Source of the DNA: an uncultured Pelagibacteraceae bacterium
Lineage (GTDB): Bacteria > Pseudomonadota > Alphaproteobacteria > Pelagibacterales > Pelagibacteraceae
Reading direction: 5' to 3'
NCBI GenBank assembly: GCA_902557935.1
Contig: CACECJ010000004.1
Location: 1,168 to 65,167 of the forward strand
Length of the DNA stretch: 64,000 nucleotides
Part shown: one piece after another, positions 17,916 to 27,302 of the stretch
Position numbering within the stretch: position 1 is the first letter of the stretch
How the letters are laid out: each line of letters begins with the position of its first letter
Program-made: the position numbers and the translations under genes
Notes under the pieces: generated by a model
The model's input: the letters and a program-made list of their open reading frames with translations, nothing else
The model's database searches: none
Told to the model about the DNA's origin: nothing

Positions 17916-18439
17916 ATATATTTTCTTAAAAGTTTAATAAATTCCTCACTAGCAAAATCGATTTCACCGATCACTTTTCCGAATTCTTTACCTTCTTTAT
18001 TAATTAATATGCTTGTAGGTAAGCCTCTTAATTTGAACCCTTTGACTAATTTCAATTCTGGATCATAGTAAGTTTTTAGATCTTTTACTCCTATATCTTT
18101 AAAAAATTTATCTACTTTTATATTATTTGGTTTTTCCATATTCACTGCAAAAATATCGATTTCTGGTAACTTGTTACCTAATTTTTCTAAAGAGGGCATT
18201 TCTTTTCGACAAGGTGCACACCACGTCGCCCAAAAATTTATTATCATGATCTTGCCTCTTTTGTTCATTAAATCAACTTCTTGAAGATTTGAGTCTTTAA
18301 ATCTTAGTTCGCTAATAATTTGGGGTTTTTCGTGAATAATAACGTTTTTTGAAAAATCTTCTGCTCTAATAAGATTTTGGCTAAGAAGAGATAGAACTAT
18401 TATGTGAATATAGATTTTAAAAGATTTACTAATTTTCAT
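17912..18439 (-). CDS. tlpA: TlpA-family thiol-disulfide oxidoreductase
   Basis: INFWATWCAPCRKEMP and GLPTS; divergent from argH as usual in alphaproteobacteria. Confidence 0.88.
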   Translation of the reverse strand: MKISKSFKIYIHIIVLSLLSQNLIRAEDFSKNVIIHEKPQIISELRFKDSNLQEVDLMNKRGKIMIINFWATWCAPCRKEMPSLEKLGNKLPEIDIFAVNMEKPNNIKVDKFFKDIGVKDLKTYYDPELKLVKGFKLRGLPTSILINKEGKEFGKVIGEIDFASEEFIKLLRKYI

Positions 18440-18469
18440 ATTAATTTAAATTGTAAATAACATAGTAAA

Positions 18470-19852
18470 ATGAAAAATAAAACTGTTTGGGCTGATAGAC
18501 TAAAGGGAAAGACATCACTATCTTTTCAAAAAATAGGCTCATCAATAGGTGTAGATAACAGACTTTATGAGCAAGATATAGCTGCGTCTATTATTCATGC
18601 CAAAATGCTCGTTAAACAAAAGATTATTAGTAGCAAAGAAGGTTCTAAAATTATCAATGGTCTCAAAAAAATTAAATCGCAGATTGACAAAGGAAAGTTT
18701 AAATTTCAAGAAAAATTTGAAGATATTCATTTAAATATAGAAAAAAAATTATTTGAATTAATTGGTTCTTCAGCAGGCTTTTTGCACACAGCGAGATCAA
18801 GAAATGATCAAGTTGTTACAGATTTCAAACTATGGATTAAAAAATCATCAAAAGAAACTATAGCTAACATTAACTCTTTAATGAAAATTTTAATCAAAAA
18901 AGCAGAAAAAAATGTTGATACTGTTATGCCTGGCTTAACACATCTTAAGAATGCTCAACCTATTTCATTTGCACATTATCTCTTATCTTACTTTGAAATG
19001 TTTAAAAGAGATATAAAAAGATTTGAAAATAATATAAAACTTTTAGATGAGTGCCCATTAGGTTCGGCCGCATTAGCGGGTACTTCTTATAAGATAGATA
19101 GAAGTTATACTTCAAGACAACTTGGTTTTAAGAAACCAACTGATAACTCAATTGACTCTGTTGCAGACAGAGACTTTGCAGTAGATTTTTTATATGCCTC
19201 TGCTTTATGTGCAATGCATTTATCGAGATTAGCTGAAGATTTTATAATTTTTAATTCAAACGCATTTAGTTTGATTTCATTTGATGACAGCATGTTAACT
19301 GGTTCGTCGATTATGCCGCAAAAGAAAAATCCTGACCCCGCTGAATTAATCAGAGGTAGAGTTGGTTTGAACTATGGCAATTTAAATTCGATGCTTACTA
19401 TATTGAAAGGACTTCCAATGTCGTATTTTAAAGATCTTCAAGATGATAAAAGACTTGTCTTTGATGGATTTGATGCTTTAAATGATTCATTGGTTTTAAG
19501 TATAGAGTTGGTGAATTCAGTAAAACCAAATAAAAAAAATATGCTTAAAATGGCTAATGAAGGTTTTACAACGGCCACTGATTTTGCTGATTACTTAGTA
19601 AAGGAAAAAAAGCTCACTTTTAGAGAGTCATATTCAATAGCAACAAAATTAGTAAATTACGCTGAAAAGAAGAACAAATTTTTATTTGAGTTATCTTTAC
19701 AAGAAATAATGAAAATTTATAAAAATTTAGATAAAAAAGTATTAAAAATATTTGATGTAAATAATTCAATGAACTCGAAAAGATCCCATGGGGGAACTGC
19801 TATTGCAAATGTAAAAGCAATGATTAAAAAATATAAAAAGGAAGTAAAATGA
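18470..19852 (+). CDS. argH: Argininosuccinate lyase
   Basis: HTARSRNDQV and GSSIMPQKKNPD. Confidence 0.97.
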   Translation: MKNKTVWADRLKGKTSLSFQKIGSSIGVDNRLYEQDIAASIIHAKMLVKQKIISSKEGSKIINGLKKIKSQIDKGKFKFQEKFEDIHLNIEKKLFELIGSSAGFLHTARSRNDQVVTDFKLWIKKSSKETIANINSLMKILIKKAEKNVDTVMPGLTHLKNAQPISFAHYLLSYFEMFKRDIKRFENNIKLLDECPLGSAALAGTSYKIDRSYTSRQLGFKKPTDNSIDSVADRDFAVDFLYASALCAMHLSRLAEDFIIFNSNAFSLISFDDSMLTGSSIMPQKKNPDPAELIRGRVGLNYGNLNSMLTILKGLPMSYFKDLQDDKRLVFDGFDALNDSLVLSIELVNSVKPNKKNMLKMANEGFTTATDFADYLVKEKKLTFRESYSIATKLVNYAEKKNKFLFELSLQEIMKIYKNLDKKVLKIFDVNNSMNSKRSHGGTAIANVKAMIKKYKKEVK

Positions 19853-19959
19853 AAATATTAATATCAATTTGTATAATAATTTTAACTCTGTCAGGATGTG
19901 GAAAAAAATCAGAGCCTAAATATCAAGGAAAATTAAATCATATACAAATAATTTTATAA
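19849..19959 (+). CDS. lptM: Small lipoprotein, LptM/YifL/LppL-like (36 aa), absent from the ORF track
   Basis: MKILISICIIILTLSGCGKKSEPKYQGKLNHIQIIL; lipobox LSGC then GKK; ATGA overlap with argH stop; directly upstream of lysA. Confidence 0.7.
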   Translation: MKILISICIIILTLSGCGKKSEPKYQGKLNHIQIIL

Positions 19960-19963
19960 TCTT

Positions 19964-21193
19964 ATGCAAAATTTAAGATACGTAGGCAAAAATTTATTTC
20001 TGGAGCGAGTATCTATTCGAAATTTTTTAAAGAAAAATAAAACTCCCTTTTATATTTATTCTAAAAATCAAATAGTTTCTAACTATTTAAATTTTGTTAA
20101 AATATTTAAAAAAACTAATCCTTTAATATGCTTTGCTGCAAAATCTAATAGTAATACTAATATTTTAAGAATTTTGGGTAAACTTGGTGCTGGAGCTGAT
20201 GTTGTATCCGGCGGAGAATTATTAAAAGCTCTTAAAGCAGGTATTAAACCAAAAAAAATTGTTTTTTCGGGCGTAGGTAAATCTGAGGATGAATTAAAAA
20301 TTGCAATTAATAAAAAAATTTTATTAATTAACTGCGAGTCTGAGAGTGAGGCAAAGTTAGTAAATGTATTAGCAAAAAAATTAAGAAAAAAAGTTTCTAT
20401 TGGCTTCAGGTTAAATCCAAATGTTGATGCAAAAACACATAAAAATATTTCTACTGGTAAAGCGGATAACAAATTTGGCTTATCAATAAAAAATTTTAAG
20501 TCTTTTCTCAAAGAGATACATAAATTCAAAAATATTAAACTTGAAGCACTAAGTGTTCATATAGGAAGCCAAATTTTAAATGATGGGCCTTTCAAAAAGA
20601 CACTAAATGTAATGAATAAGCTAATAAAAGAATTAAAGTTAAATTTGAAATATGTTGATTTAGGTGGAGGTTTTGGAATTAATTATAGTGATGATGAAAA
20701 ACCAATAAATCTAAATAACTACGCAAAATTAGTAAATAACTTTGCAACAAAACTTAAATGTAAAATTATATTTGAACCAGGTCGATCCATAATTGGAAAT
20801 ACGGGATTACTTGTTAGCAAAGTTCAATTTATAAAGAAGGGGGTCAATAAAAACTTTATAATTTTAGATGCTGGAATGAACGATTTTATGCGACCAGCTT
20901 TATACGATGCGTTCCATAAAATTATTCCTATAACTAAAAATTCATCGAAAATGAAAAGCGCAATTGAATTCGTGGGTCCAATATGTGAAAGCACATGTAA
21001 ATTTGGTGTTTATAGAAAATATCAAAAATTAATTGAGAATGACTTTGTGGCAGTTACAAATGTTGGTGCGTATGGCTCATCATTGTCATCGAATTACAAT
21101 ACAAGACCTTTAATTGCTGAAATTTTAATCAATAAAAATAAATTTAAATACATTAGAAAAAAACAAAATTTACTAAAATTGATTAATTCTTAA
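19964..21193 (+). CDS. lysA: Diaminopimelate decarboxylase
   Basis: FAAKSN, HIGSQ, DLGGGFG, EPGR and GPICES motifs. Confidence 0.96.
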   Translation: MQNLRYVGKNLFLERVSIRNFLKKNKTPFYIYSKNQIVSNYLNFVKIFKKTNPLICFAAKSNSNTNILRILGKLGAGADVVSGGELLKALKAGIKPKKIVFSGVGKSEDELKIAINKKILLINCESESEAKLVNVLAKKLRKKVSIGFRLNPNVDAKTHKNISTGKADNKFGLSIKNFKSFLKEIHKFKNIKLEALSVHIGSQILNDGPFKKTLNVMNKLIKELKLNLKYVDLGGGFGINYSDDEKPINLNNYAKLVNNFATKLKCKIIFEPGRSIIGNTGLLVSKVQFIKKGVNKNFIILDAGMNDFMRPALYDAFHKIIPITKNSSKMKSAIEFVGPICESTCKFGVYRKYQKLIENDFVAVTNVGAYGSSLSSNYNTRPLIAEILINKNKFKYIRKKQNLLKLINS

Positions 21194-21900
21194 TGCAATT
21201 TATTAAATCCTTAATTTTTAATATCTTCATATATTTTGGACTTATTCTAATTTTCATATTAGCAATACCAACATTAGTTCTCCCAGAAAAATTTACTATT
21301 TTTTTTGGGAGGTTATCAGCAAAATATATTGTTTTAATTTTAAAACTCATAATGAATACTAAAGTAATTTTTCATGGTGAAGAAAATTTAAAAAAAGTTG
21401 ATCAATTTTTTGTTGCCTCTGCCCATCAATCAATGTTTGAAACTTTTGCTTTACAAATTCCCCTTAATGGTCCAATTTTTATTTTAAAAAAAGAGCTTTT
21501 GAATATTCCTCTATTTGGATGGTATTTAAGAAAAATTGGTTCTATAGCAATCATAAGAGAGACAACTACTAAAGAAAACTTAAATTTTTTTGATAAAGTA
21601 AAAGAAAGATTAGAAAAAAGTAAAAGACCACTTTTAATATTTCCTCAAGGGACAAGAGTAAAACTAGATGAACAACCTCCCTTTAAAAAAGGAGTTGGTC
21701 GAATATATAAAACACTAAATTTACCTTGTATCCCTGTCGCTTTAAATACAGGAAGAGTCTGGCCAAAAAATAGTTTCATGAAATTTTCAGGGGATATTCA
21801 TATTTCATTTCTAGATCCTATTATGCCTGGTAAAGAAAATGATGAATTTACCAAAGAACTTGAAAATAAGATTTATACTGAAATAAAGAAATACTATTAA
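21193..21900 (+). CDS. plsC: 1-acyl-sn-glycerol-3-phosphate acyltransferase
   Basis: AHQSMFE (HxxxxD/E variant) and IFPQGTR. Confidence 0.85.
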   Translation: MQFIKSLIFNIFIYFGLILIFILAIPTLVLPEKFTIFFGRLSAKYIVLILKLIMNTKVIFHGEENLKKVDQFFVASAHQSMFETFALQIPLNGPIFILKKELLNIPLFGWYLRKIGSIAIIRETTTKENLNFFDKVKERLEKSKRPLLIFPQGTRVKLDEQPPFKKGVGRIYKTLNLPCIPVALNTGRVWPKNSFMKFSGDIHISFLDPIMPGKENDEFTKELENKIYTEIKKYY

Positions 21901-22797
21901 TTATTTTCTTCCAAAGTCTGGTTTTTCAGTATCTTGTCCAGCTTCAATAATTTCTTTTCTTACCTTTTTAGTTGATGAAAATATTTCTAGAAGCTTTTCA
22001 CTGTCTTTATTTTTAATAGCACTTTTAATATCATCGAGATTTTTTGAGTAGTTATCTAAAACTTTCAATATATTTTCACTATTATCAATAAAAATATCTT
22101 TCCACATCAAAGGATCTGAAGCAGCAATTCTAGTAAAATCTCTTAATCCTCCAGCACTATATTGAATTACATCATTTTTAAACTTGTCCTCATTATTAAT
22201 TGCAGTTCTGACAATGCTGTATGCAACTGCATGTGGAAGATGACTTGTTAAAGACAAAACATAATCATGGTCTTCAAATGACATAACTTTTACTTTACTT
22301 CCTAATTTGGACCAAAATTTTTCTAGGTTTTCTATTTTATCTTTAGCAACTTGATTGTCAGATGAAAGAATGCACCATCTATTTTTAAATAAACTTGAAA
22401 ATCCTGCAGCAGGTCCGCTATATTCTGTGCCAGCTATTGGATGTGAAGCTATCCAGCTAATATTTTTAAGACCTAAATTATTTACAATTTTGTTAACTTC
22501 TTTTTTAGTGGAACCAGTATCGGTAAGAATAGATCCTTCCTTTAAGTTTGATTTTATAGAAAGCAAAATTTCTTTGTAACTGCTTAATGGTGCGGAAATT
22601 ATTACCAGGTCTGCATCTTTGGCTGACTCTGTCACATTGGAACAAATATCGGCTTTAAAATTTTTTTTTAAAAATTCCATGACTTTGTTTGACTTATCGT
22701 AAACACTTATCTTCGAAGCTAATTTTTGTTCCTGCGTTGCTCTCAGAATTGAGGAACCAATCAATCCACAGCCTATAATGCTCATTTTACCGAACAT
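21901..22797 (-). CDS. tyrA: Prephenate/arogenate (cyclohexadienyl) dehydrogenase
   Basis: GCGLIG, DTGSTK, HPIAGTE and SHLPH motifs. Confidence 0.93.
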   Translation of the reverse strand: MFGKMSIIGCGLIGSSILRATQEQKLASKISVYDKSNKVMEFLKKNFKADICSNVTESAKDADLVIISAPLSSYKEILLSIKSNLKEGSILTDTGSTKKEVNKIVNNLGLKNISWIASHPIAGTEYSGPAAGFSSLFKNRWCILSSDNQVAKDKIENLEKFWSKLGSKVKVMSFEDHDYVLSLTSHLPHAVAYSIVRTAINNEDKFKNDVIQYSAGGLRDFTRIAASDPLMWKDIFIDNSENILKVLDNYSKNLDDIKSAIKNKDSEKLLEIFSSTKKVRKEIIEAGQDTEKPDFGRK

Positions 22798-23872
22798 TTA
22801 AAATTTTTCTCATTTTTTTCATTAATGCAATATTTTCTGGTGTTGTTCCAATGGTTATACGTAAAGAATTTTTAATTCCATAAACATCCATTTTACGTAC
22901 CAGTATTCCCGATTTTGCGAGCAATTTAAATACCTTAGCAGAATTTATTTTAACTTTATCAAATTTTACTAATAAGAAATTAGTAAAACTTTTATTTGTT
23001 TCTATTCTCATTTTTTTGAACTCAGAATACATTTTTTTACTCCATTTATTTACGTGTTTTATTTCTTTATTCAACCATGAACTATCTTTTACAGCAGCAG
23101 AGGCTGCAAACAAAGCCGGTCTGCTCACATTAAAAGGTGGCTTTACCTTATTTAATGCAGAAATAATTTCTTTTGATCCATATCCCCAGCCCACTCTGAG
23201 CCCTGCTAAACCATATATTTTTGAAAAAGTTCTTGTCATAATTACATTTTTAAAATTTGTAAAAATTTTTAAACCCGACAAATAATCTTTATTTTTTACA
23301 TACTCAAAATAAGCATCATCTACTACTAACAAGATATCACTTCTTAGTTTTTTTCTAAAAAAGAGTAATTCTTTCTTTGGAATATATGTTCCAGTTGGAT
23401 TATTTGGGTTAGCTAGGAAAACTATTTTAGTTTTTCTTGTAACTTTTTTGAGTATATCTTTAGTTGAAACGGTAAAATTATTCTCTTTCGAATAAATAAC
23501 TTTTGCTCCATTCATTCTACTGTAAATTCGGTAAATTATAAAACTAAACTTAGGAACTATAACTTCATCTCCTTTCTTCAGAAAGGATTTACATATAAGT
23601 TCAAAAATTTGATCAGAACCTGATCCTAAGATTATTCTATTTTTATCAATTTTAAACTTCTTGGCTAGCGTATTTCTTAAAAAGGTTCCATCTGAGTCAG
23701 GGTATCTTGCAAAGTTTTTTGAAACTTCTAAGTATTGTTTTCTTGCTTTCGGGCTAGGGCCAAGAGCAGACTCATTAGCAGATAATTTAATCTTTGCTAA
23801 TTTACTCTTGAATAAGCTCATTCCAGCTACATATTTCTCTGCAACAATGTTATTTGGTTTCGGAAATCTCAT
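22787..23872 (-). CDS. hisC: Histidinol-phosphate aminotransferase
   Basis: KLSANE, NPNNPTG and RTFSKIYGLAGLRVG. Confidence 0.95.
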   Translation of the reverse strand: MRFPKPNNIVAEKYVAGMSLFKSKLAKIKLSANESALGPSPKARKQYLEVSKNFARYPDSDGTFLRNTLAKKFKIDKNRIILGSGSDQIFELICKSFLKKGDEVIVPKFSFIIYRIYSRMNGAKVIYSKENNFTVSTKDILKKVTRKTKIVFLANPNNPTGTYIPKKELLFFRKKLRSDILLVVDDAYFEYVKNKDYLSGLKIFTNFKNVIMTRTFSKIYGLAGLRVGWGYGSKEIISALNKVKPPFNVSRPALFAASAAVKDSSWLNKEIKHVNKWSKKMYSEFKKMRIETNKSFTNFLLVKFDKVKINSAKVFKLLAKSGILVRKMDVYGIKNSLRITIGTTPENIALMKKMRKILNVR

Positions 23873-23932
23873 TTAATTAATGTATTATCTAAATTGTTTA
23901 AGTTTTTCTATAGCTCTTTATCATATATAAAA

Positions 23933-23961
23933 TTGACAAGTTTGTGATGATTTAGTAAATA
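23933..23961 (+). promoter_or_regulatory. Putative sigma70 promoter of the metX leader
   Basis: TTGACA(23933-23938)-17 nt-TAAATA, ending just upstream of the riboswitch. Confidence 0.55.
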
Positions 23962-23965
23962 TTAC

Positions 23966-24018
23966 TCGCGCTGATTTAACCATATTGCAAGCGCATAATA
24001 AATGTAGCTAAAAAGGGG
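23966..24018 (+). ncRNA. SAM-II (SAM-alpha) riboswitch
   Basis: TCGCGCTGATTTAACCATATTGCAAGCGCATAATAAATGTAGCTAAAAAGGG closely matches the well-studied marine metX SAM-II aptamer; lies upstream of metX. Confidence 0.93.
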
Positions 24019-24020
24019 AT

Positions 24021-24046
24021 GCCCAGTTTAGCTGGGCTTTTTTTTT
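24021..24046 (+). terminator. Intrinsic terminator in the riboswitch expression platform
   Basis: GCCCAG-TTTAG-CTGGGC followed by T9. Confidence 0.85.
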
Positions 24047-24048
24047 GG

Positions 24049-25188
24049 ATGAATATAAAACTTGATAATATAAAGAAATTAGAAGTTACTAAACCGCTTA
24101 AACTAGACTGCGGGAAAACTGTAAAAGATTTTCCCCTCGCTTACGAGACTTATGGAAAATTGAATGATAACAAAGACAACGCAATACTTGTGTTTCATGC
24201 ATTAACTGGAGATCAGTTCGTTACTGGGACTAATCCTATTACTAATAAAGAGGGTTGGTGGGTTACTGCAGTAGGTCCTGGGAGAGCAATAGATACAAAT
24301 AAATATTTTGTTGTTTGTGCAAATGTTATCGGTGGATGCATGGGTTCGTTAGGTCCTAAAGATATTAATCCAGTAACAAAAAAACCTTACGGATTAGATT
24401 TTCCAGTTATAACAATTAAAGATATGGTAAAAGCTCAGGAGTCCTTACTTGAACATCTAGGGATTAAAAAACTTTTATGTGCGACTGGGGGTTCAATGGG
24501 TGGAATGCAACTTTTACAATTTTGTGCAACATTTCCGGATAAAGCTTTTTCAGCGGTGCCGATAGCCTGTAGTTCAAGCCATAGCGCTCAAAATATTGCT
24601 CTTAATGAATTAGCTCGTCAAGCAATTATGGCAGATCCTATATGGGATAATGGAAAGTATGTTTTGAAAAATGTTCAACCAAAAAATGGCTTAGCAGTTG
24701 CAAGAATGGTTGGGCATATTAGCTATTTATCCGAAAAAGGTATGCAGGAAAAATTTGGTAGAAAATTACAAGAGAAGGCAAATTATGAATTTAGTTTTAA
24801 TGCTGACTTCCAGGTTGAAAGTTATTTAAGACATCAGGGCTATGCATTTGTTGAAAGATTTGATGCAAATTCAGTACTATATATAACAAGAGCGATGGAT
24901 TATTTTGATCTTTCAAAACAATTTAAAGGAGGTTTGGTAGAAGCATTTAAAAATCAAAAAACAAAATTCTTAATCATATCATTTTCCTCTGATTGGCTTT
25001 ACACAACAAAAGATAACAAAGATATAGTAATAGCATTAAATGCGTCAGGTGCAGATGTATCTTACTCAGAGATAATTACAGACAAAGGACATGACTCTTT
25101 TTTACTTGATGAGCCTGAATTTTTAAAAACACTTAAAGGTTTTATAGACTCTATGTATGAAAAATTTAAAAATGAAAAAAGAATTTAA
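24049..25188 (+). CDS. metX: Homoserine O-acyltransferase
   Basis: HALTGD, GGSMGG and GHDSFL motifs; an alternative in-frame ATG exists at 24019. Confidence 0.95.
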   Translation: MNIKLDNIKKLEVTKPLKLDCGKTVKDFPLAYETYGKLNDNKDNAILVFHALTGDQFVTGTNPITNKEGWWVTAVGPGRAIDTNKYFVVCANVIGGCMGSLGPKDINPVTKKPYGLDFPVITIKDMVKAQESLLEHLGIKKLLCATGGSMGGMQLLQFCATFPDKAFSAVPIACSSSHSAQNIALNELARQAIMADPIWDNGKYVLKNVQPKNGLAVARMVGHISYLSEKGMQEKFGRKLQEKANYEFSFNADFQVESYLRHQGYAFVERFDANSVLYITRAMDYFDLSKQFKGGLVEAFKNQKTKFLIISFSSDWLYTTKDNKDIVIALNASGADVSYSEIITDKGHDSFLLDEPEFLKTLKGFIDSMYEKFKNEKRI

Positions 25189-25765
25189 AGTAATTGCAGA
25201 TTTATTACCTAATAATACGAGGGTTCTTGATATAGGATGTGGAGATGGATCTTTAATGCATCTTCTCAGAATAGAAAAAAATATAGAGGTACGTGGACTA
25301 GAGCTTAATCAAGATAATGTTAAAGAATGTATTTATAAAGGTTTGCCAGTTATTCAGGGTAATGCAGAAACTGAATTGCATCAATTTCCTGATAAATCAT
25401 TTGACTATGTTGTGCTGAGTCAAACTCTACAAGCATTTTATGAGCCAGAGAAAGTTTTAAAAAATCTTTTAAGAATTGGAAAATCAGTTATTATCTCAAT
25501 TCCTAATTTTGGCTATTGGAAAGTAAGAACAAAACTTTTACTTTTTGGTGAGATGCCGGTTACAAAGACACTACCAAATACTTGGTATAATACTCCTAAT
25601 TTACACATGTGCACAATAAAAGATTTATTCAATTTTTGTGATAAAAAAAATATTATTATTAAAAAAGTTGTTGGAGTTAATGAAAATAAAACTTCGTTAA
25701 TAAGAAAAAGTAATTTAGAAATTAAAAATCTTTTTTCGAAAGTTGGTATTTTTTTAATCAGTTAA
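25172..25765 (+). CDS. metW: Methionine biosynthesis protein MetW
   Basis: VLDIGCGDG, VLSQTLQ and WYNTPNLH; follows metX. Confidence 0.93.
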   Translation: MKKEFKVIADLLPNNTRVLDIGCGDGSLMHLLRIEKNIEVRGLELNQDNVKECIYKGLPVIQGNAETELHQFPDKSFDYVVLSQTLQAFYEPEKVLKNLLRIGKSVIISIPNFGYWKVRTKLLLFGEMPVTKTLPNTWYNTPNLHMCTIKDLFNFCDKKNIIIKKVVGVNENKTSLIRKSNLEIKNLFSKVGIFLIS

Positions 25766-25766
25766 T

Positions 25767-26525
25767 ATGAAAGTAGAAATTATTCCTTGTTTGAGTGATA
25801 ACTTTAGTTATTTAATTCACGATAAAGAGTCTGACAAGGTTTCTATAGTAGATCCTGCGGAATATAAGGCATGCGATAATTTAATCAAAAAGTATAAGAA
25901 ATTAGATTTTATTCTAAATACTCATCATCATGTTGATCATGTTGATGGTAATTTAGAATTAAAAAAAAAATATAACTCTAAAATTTTAGGTTTTGAATTA
26001 GATAAAGATCGAATTCCAGGTATAGACATCCTGCTCAAAGAAAACCAAAAGCAGAAAATTGGAAAATTAGAATTTGAAGTAATTTTTGTTCCTGGTCATA
26101 CTAAAGGCCACGTCGCATTTTTCTTTTTTAAAGAAAAAGTAATTTTTACAGGTGATACTTTATTTTCATTAGGATGTGGTAGAGTTTTTGAGGGTACTCA
26201 TGAAGAAATGTTTAATTCTTTAAATAAAATTAAAAAACTGCCGCCAGATACAAAAATATATTGTGGACACGAATATACTAAATCAAATTTAAATTTTTGT
26301 TTAAAATATGACTCCAAAAATACTTTTTTAAAAGAGAAAGAAATTGAAATTCAAAAAAAATTAAGTGCTAATCAGCCAACTATCCCAACTACTTTAGGTC
26401 ACGAAATTAAAACGAATATTTTTTTTAGGTGTAATGATCCTGGGATTAAGCATACTTTAGGACTAAAAGATTCATCAGAAGCTAAAGTTTTTTCAAAATT
26501 AAGAGATTTAAAGGACTCTTTTTAA
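25767..26525 (+). CDS. gloB: Hydroxyacylglutathione hydrolase (glyoxalase II)
   Basis: THHHVDH, GHTKGH, TGDTLFSLGCG and CGHEY. Confidence 0.95.
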   Translation: MKVEIIPCLSDNFSYLIHDKESDKVSIVDPAEYKACDNLIKKYKKLDFILNTHHHVDHVDGNLELKKKYNSKILGFELDKDRIPGIDILLKENQKQKIGKLEFEVIFVPGHTKGHVAFFFFKEKVIFTGDTLFSLGCGRVFEGTHEEMFNSLNKIKKLPPDTKIYCGHEYTKSNLNFCLKYDSKNTFLKEKEIEIQKKLSANQPTIPTTLGHEIKTNIFFRCNDPGIKHTLGLKDSSEAKVFSKLRDLKDSF

Positions 26526-26536
26526 CTTCAATAATC

Positions 26537-26564
26537 TTGACTTGCTAGCAGTGAAGGCTATATT
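26537..26564 (+). promoter_or_regulatory. Putative sigma70 promoter of the rplU operon
   Basis: TTGACT(26537-26542)-16 nt-TATATT(26559-26564). Confidence 0.5.
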
Positions 26565-26590
26565 GCGTGGAAATTAAAAAAAGAGAACTT

Positions 26591-26998
26591 ATGTCATTTG
26601 CTATAATTGAAACAGGTGGAAAGCAGTACAAAGTATCTGCAAGTAAAATTTTAGAAATTGAAAAACTTAACGCTAAAATTGGAGAAACTATTAAGTTTAA
26701 TAATGTTTTACTTTTGAATGATGACAAAAATACTGAAATTGGAAATCCTAAAATTGACGGGGCAACAGTTGAAGCTAAACTTTTAGATAATGTTAAAGAT
26801 AGAACTGTATTAATTTTTCATAAGAGAAGACGAAAGCACTCAAGAAAGAAAAATGGGCATAGACAACGTCATTCTAAAATACAAATCACGAAAATTTTAG
26901 CTAAAGGTGGGAAAGTTATAGATGAGGCTAAAATTATAGAAAAAAAGAAGCCTATCAAAGAAGAGAAAAAAGTTATAAAAAAGGTAGCAAAAAAATAG
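26591..26998 (+). CDS. rplU: 50S ribosomal protein L21 with Lys-rich C-terminal extension
   Basis: [13 protein letters not shown] and RKKNGHRQ. Confidence 0.96.
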   Translation: MSFAIIETGGKQYKVSASKILEIEKLNAKIGETIKFNNVLLLNDDKNTEIGNPKIDGATVEAKLLDNVKDRTVLIFHKRRRKHSRKKNGHRQRHSKIQITKILAKGGKVIDEAKIIEKKKPIKEEKKVIKKVAKK

Positions 26999-27006
26999 GA
27001 AATTAA

Positions 27007-27262
27007 ATGGCAACTAAAAAAAGCAGGTGGATCATCGAAGAACGGCCGAGATAGTAAAGGTAGACGTCTTGGAGTTAAAAAATATGGTGACCAAGCTGTA
27101 ATACCTGGCAACATTATAGTCAGACAAAGAGGGACAAAAATTCATCCTGGTGATAATGTTGGTATGGGTAAAGACCACTCAATTTTTTCTTTAATTAAAG
27201 GAAAAGTAAAATTCAAAAAATCTAAATTAAACAGAACTTTTGTTTCTGTAATCCCCAATTAA
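27007..27262 (+). CDS. rpmA: 50S ribosomal protein L27 (apparent +1 frameshift in A7 run 27016-27022)
   Basis: Removing one A gives [27 protein letters not shown]...[12 protein letters not shown]...TAA at 27260-27262. Confidence 0.93.
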
Positions 27263-27302
27263 ATATATATAAATAACCAAAGTTATTTATATTAAAATAA
27301 AA

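Noticed and set aside
26869-27114. 81-aa minus-strand ORF across the rplU/rpmA junction
   Set aside because: Antisense shadow; the region is explained by rplU and the frameshifted rpmA
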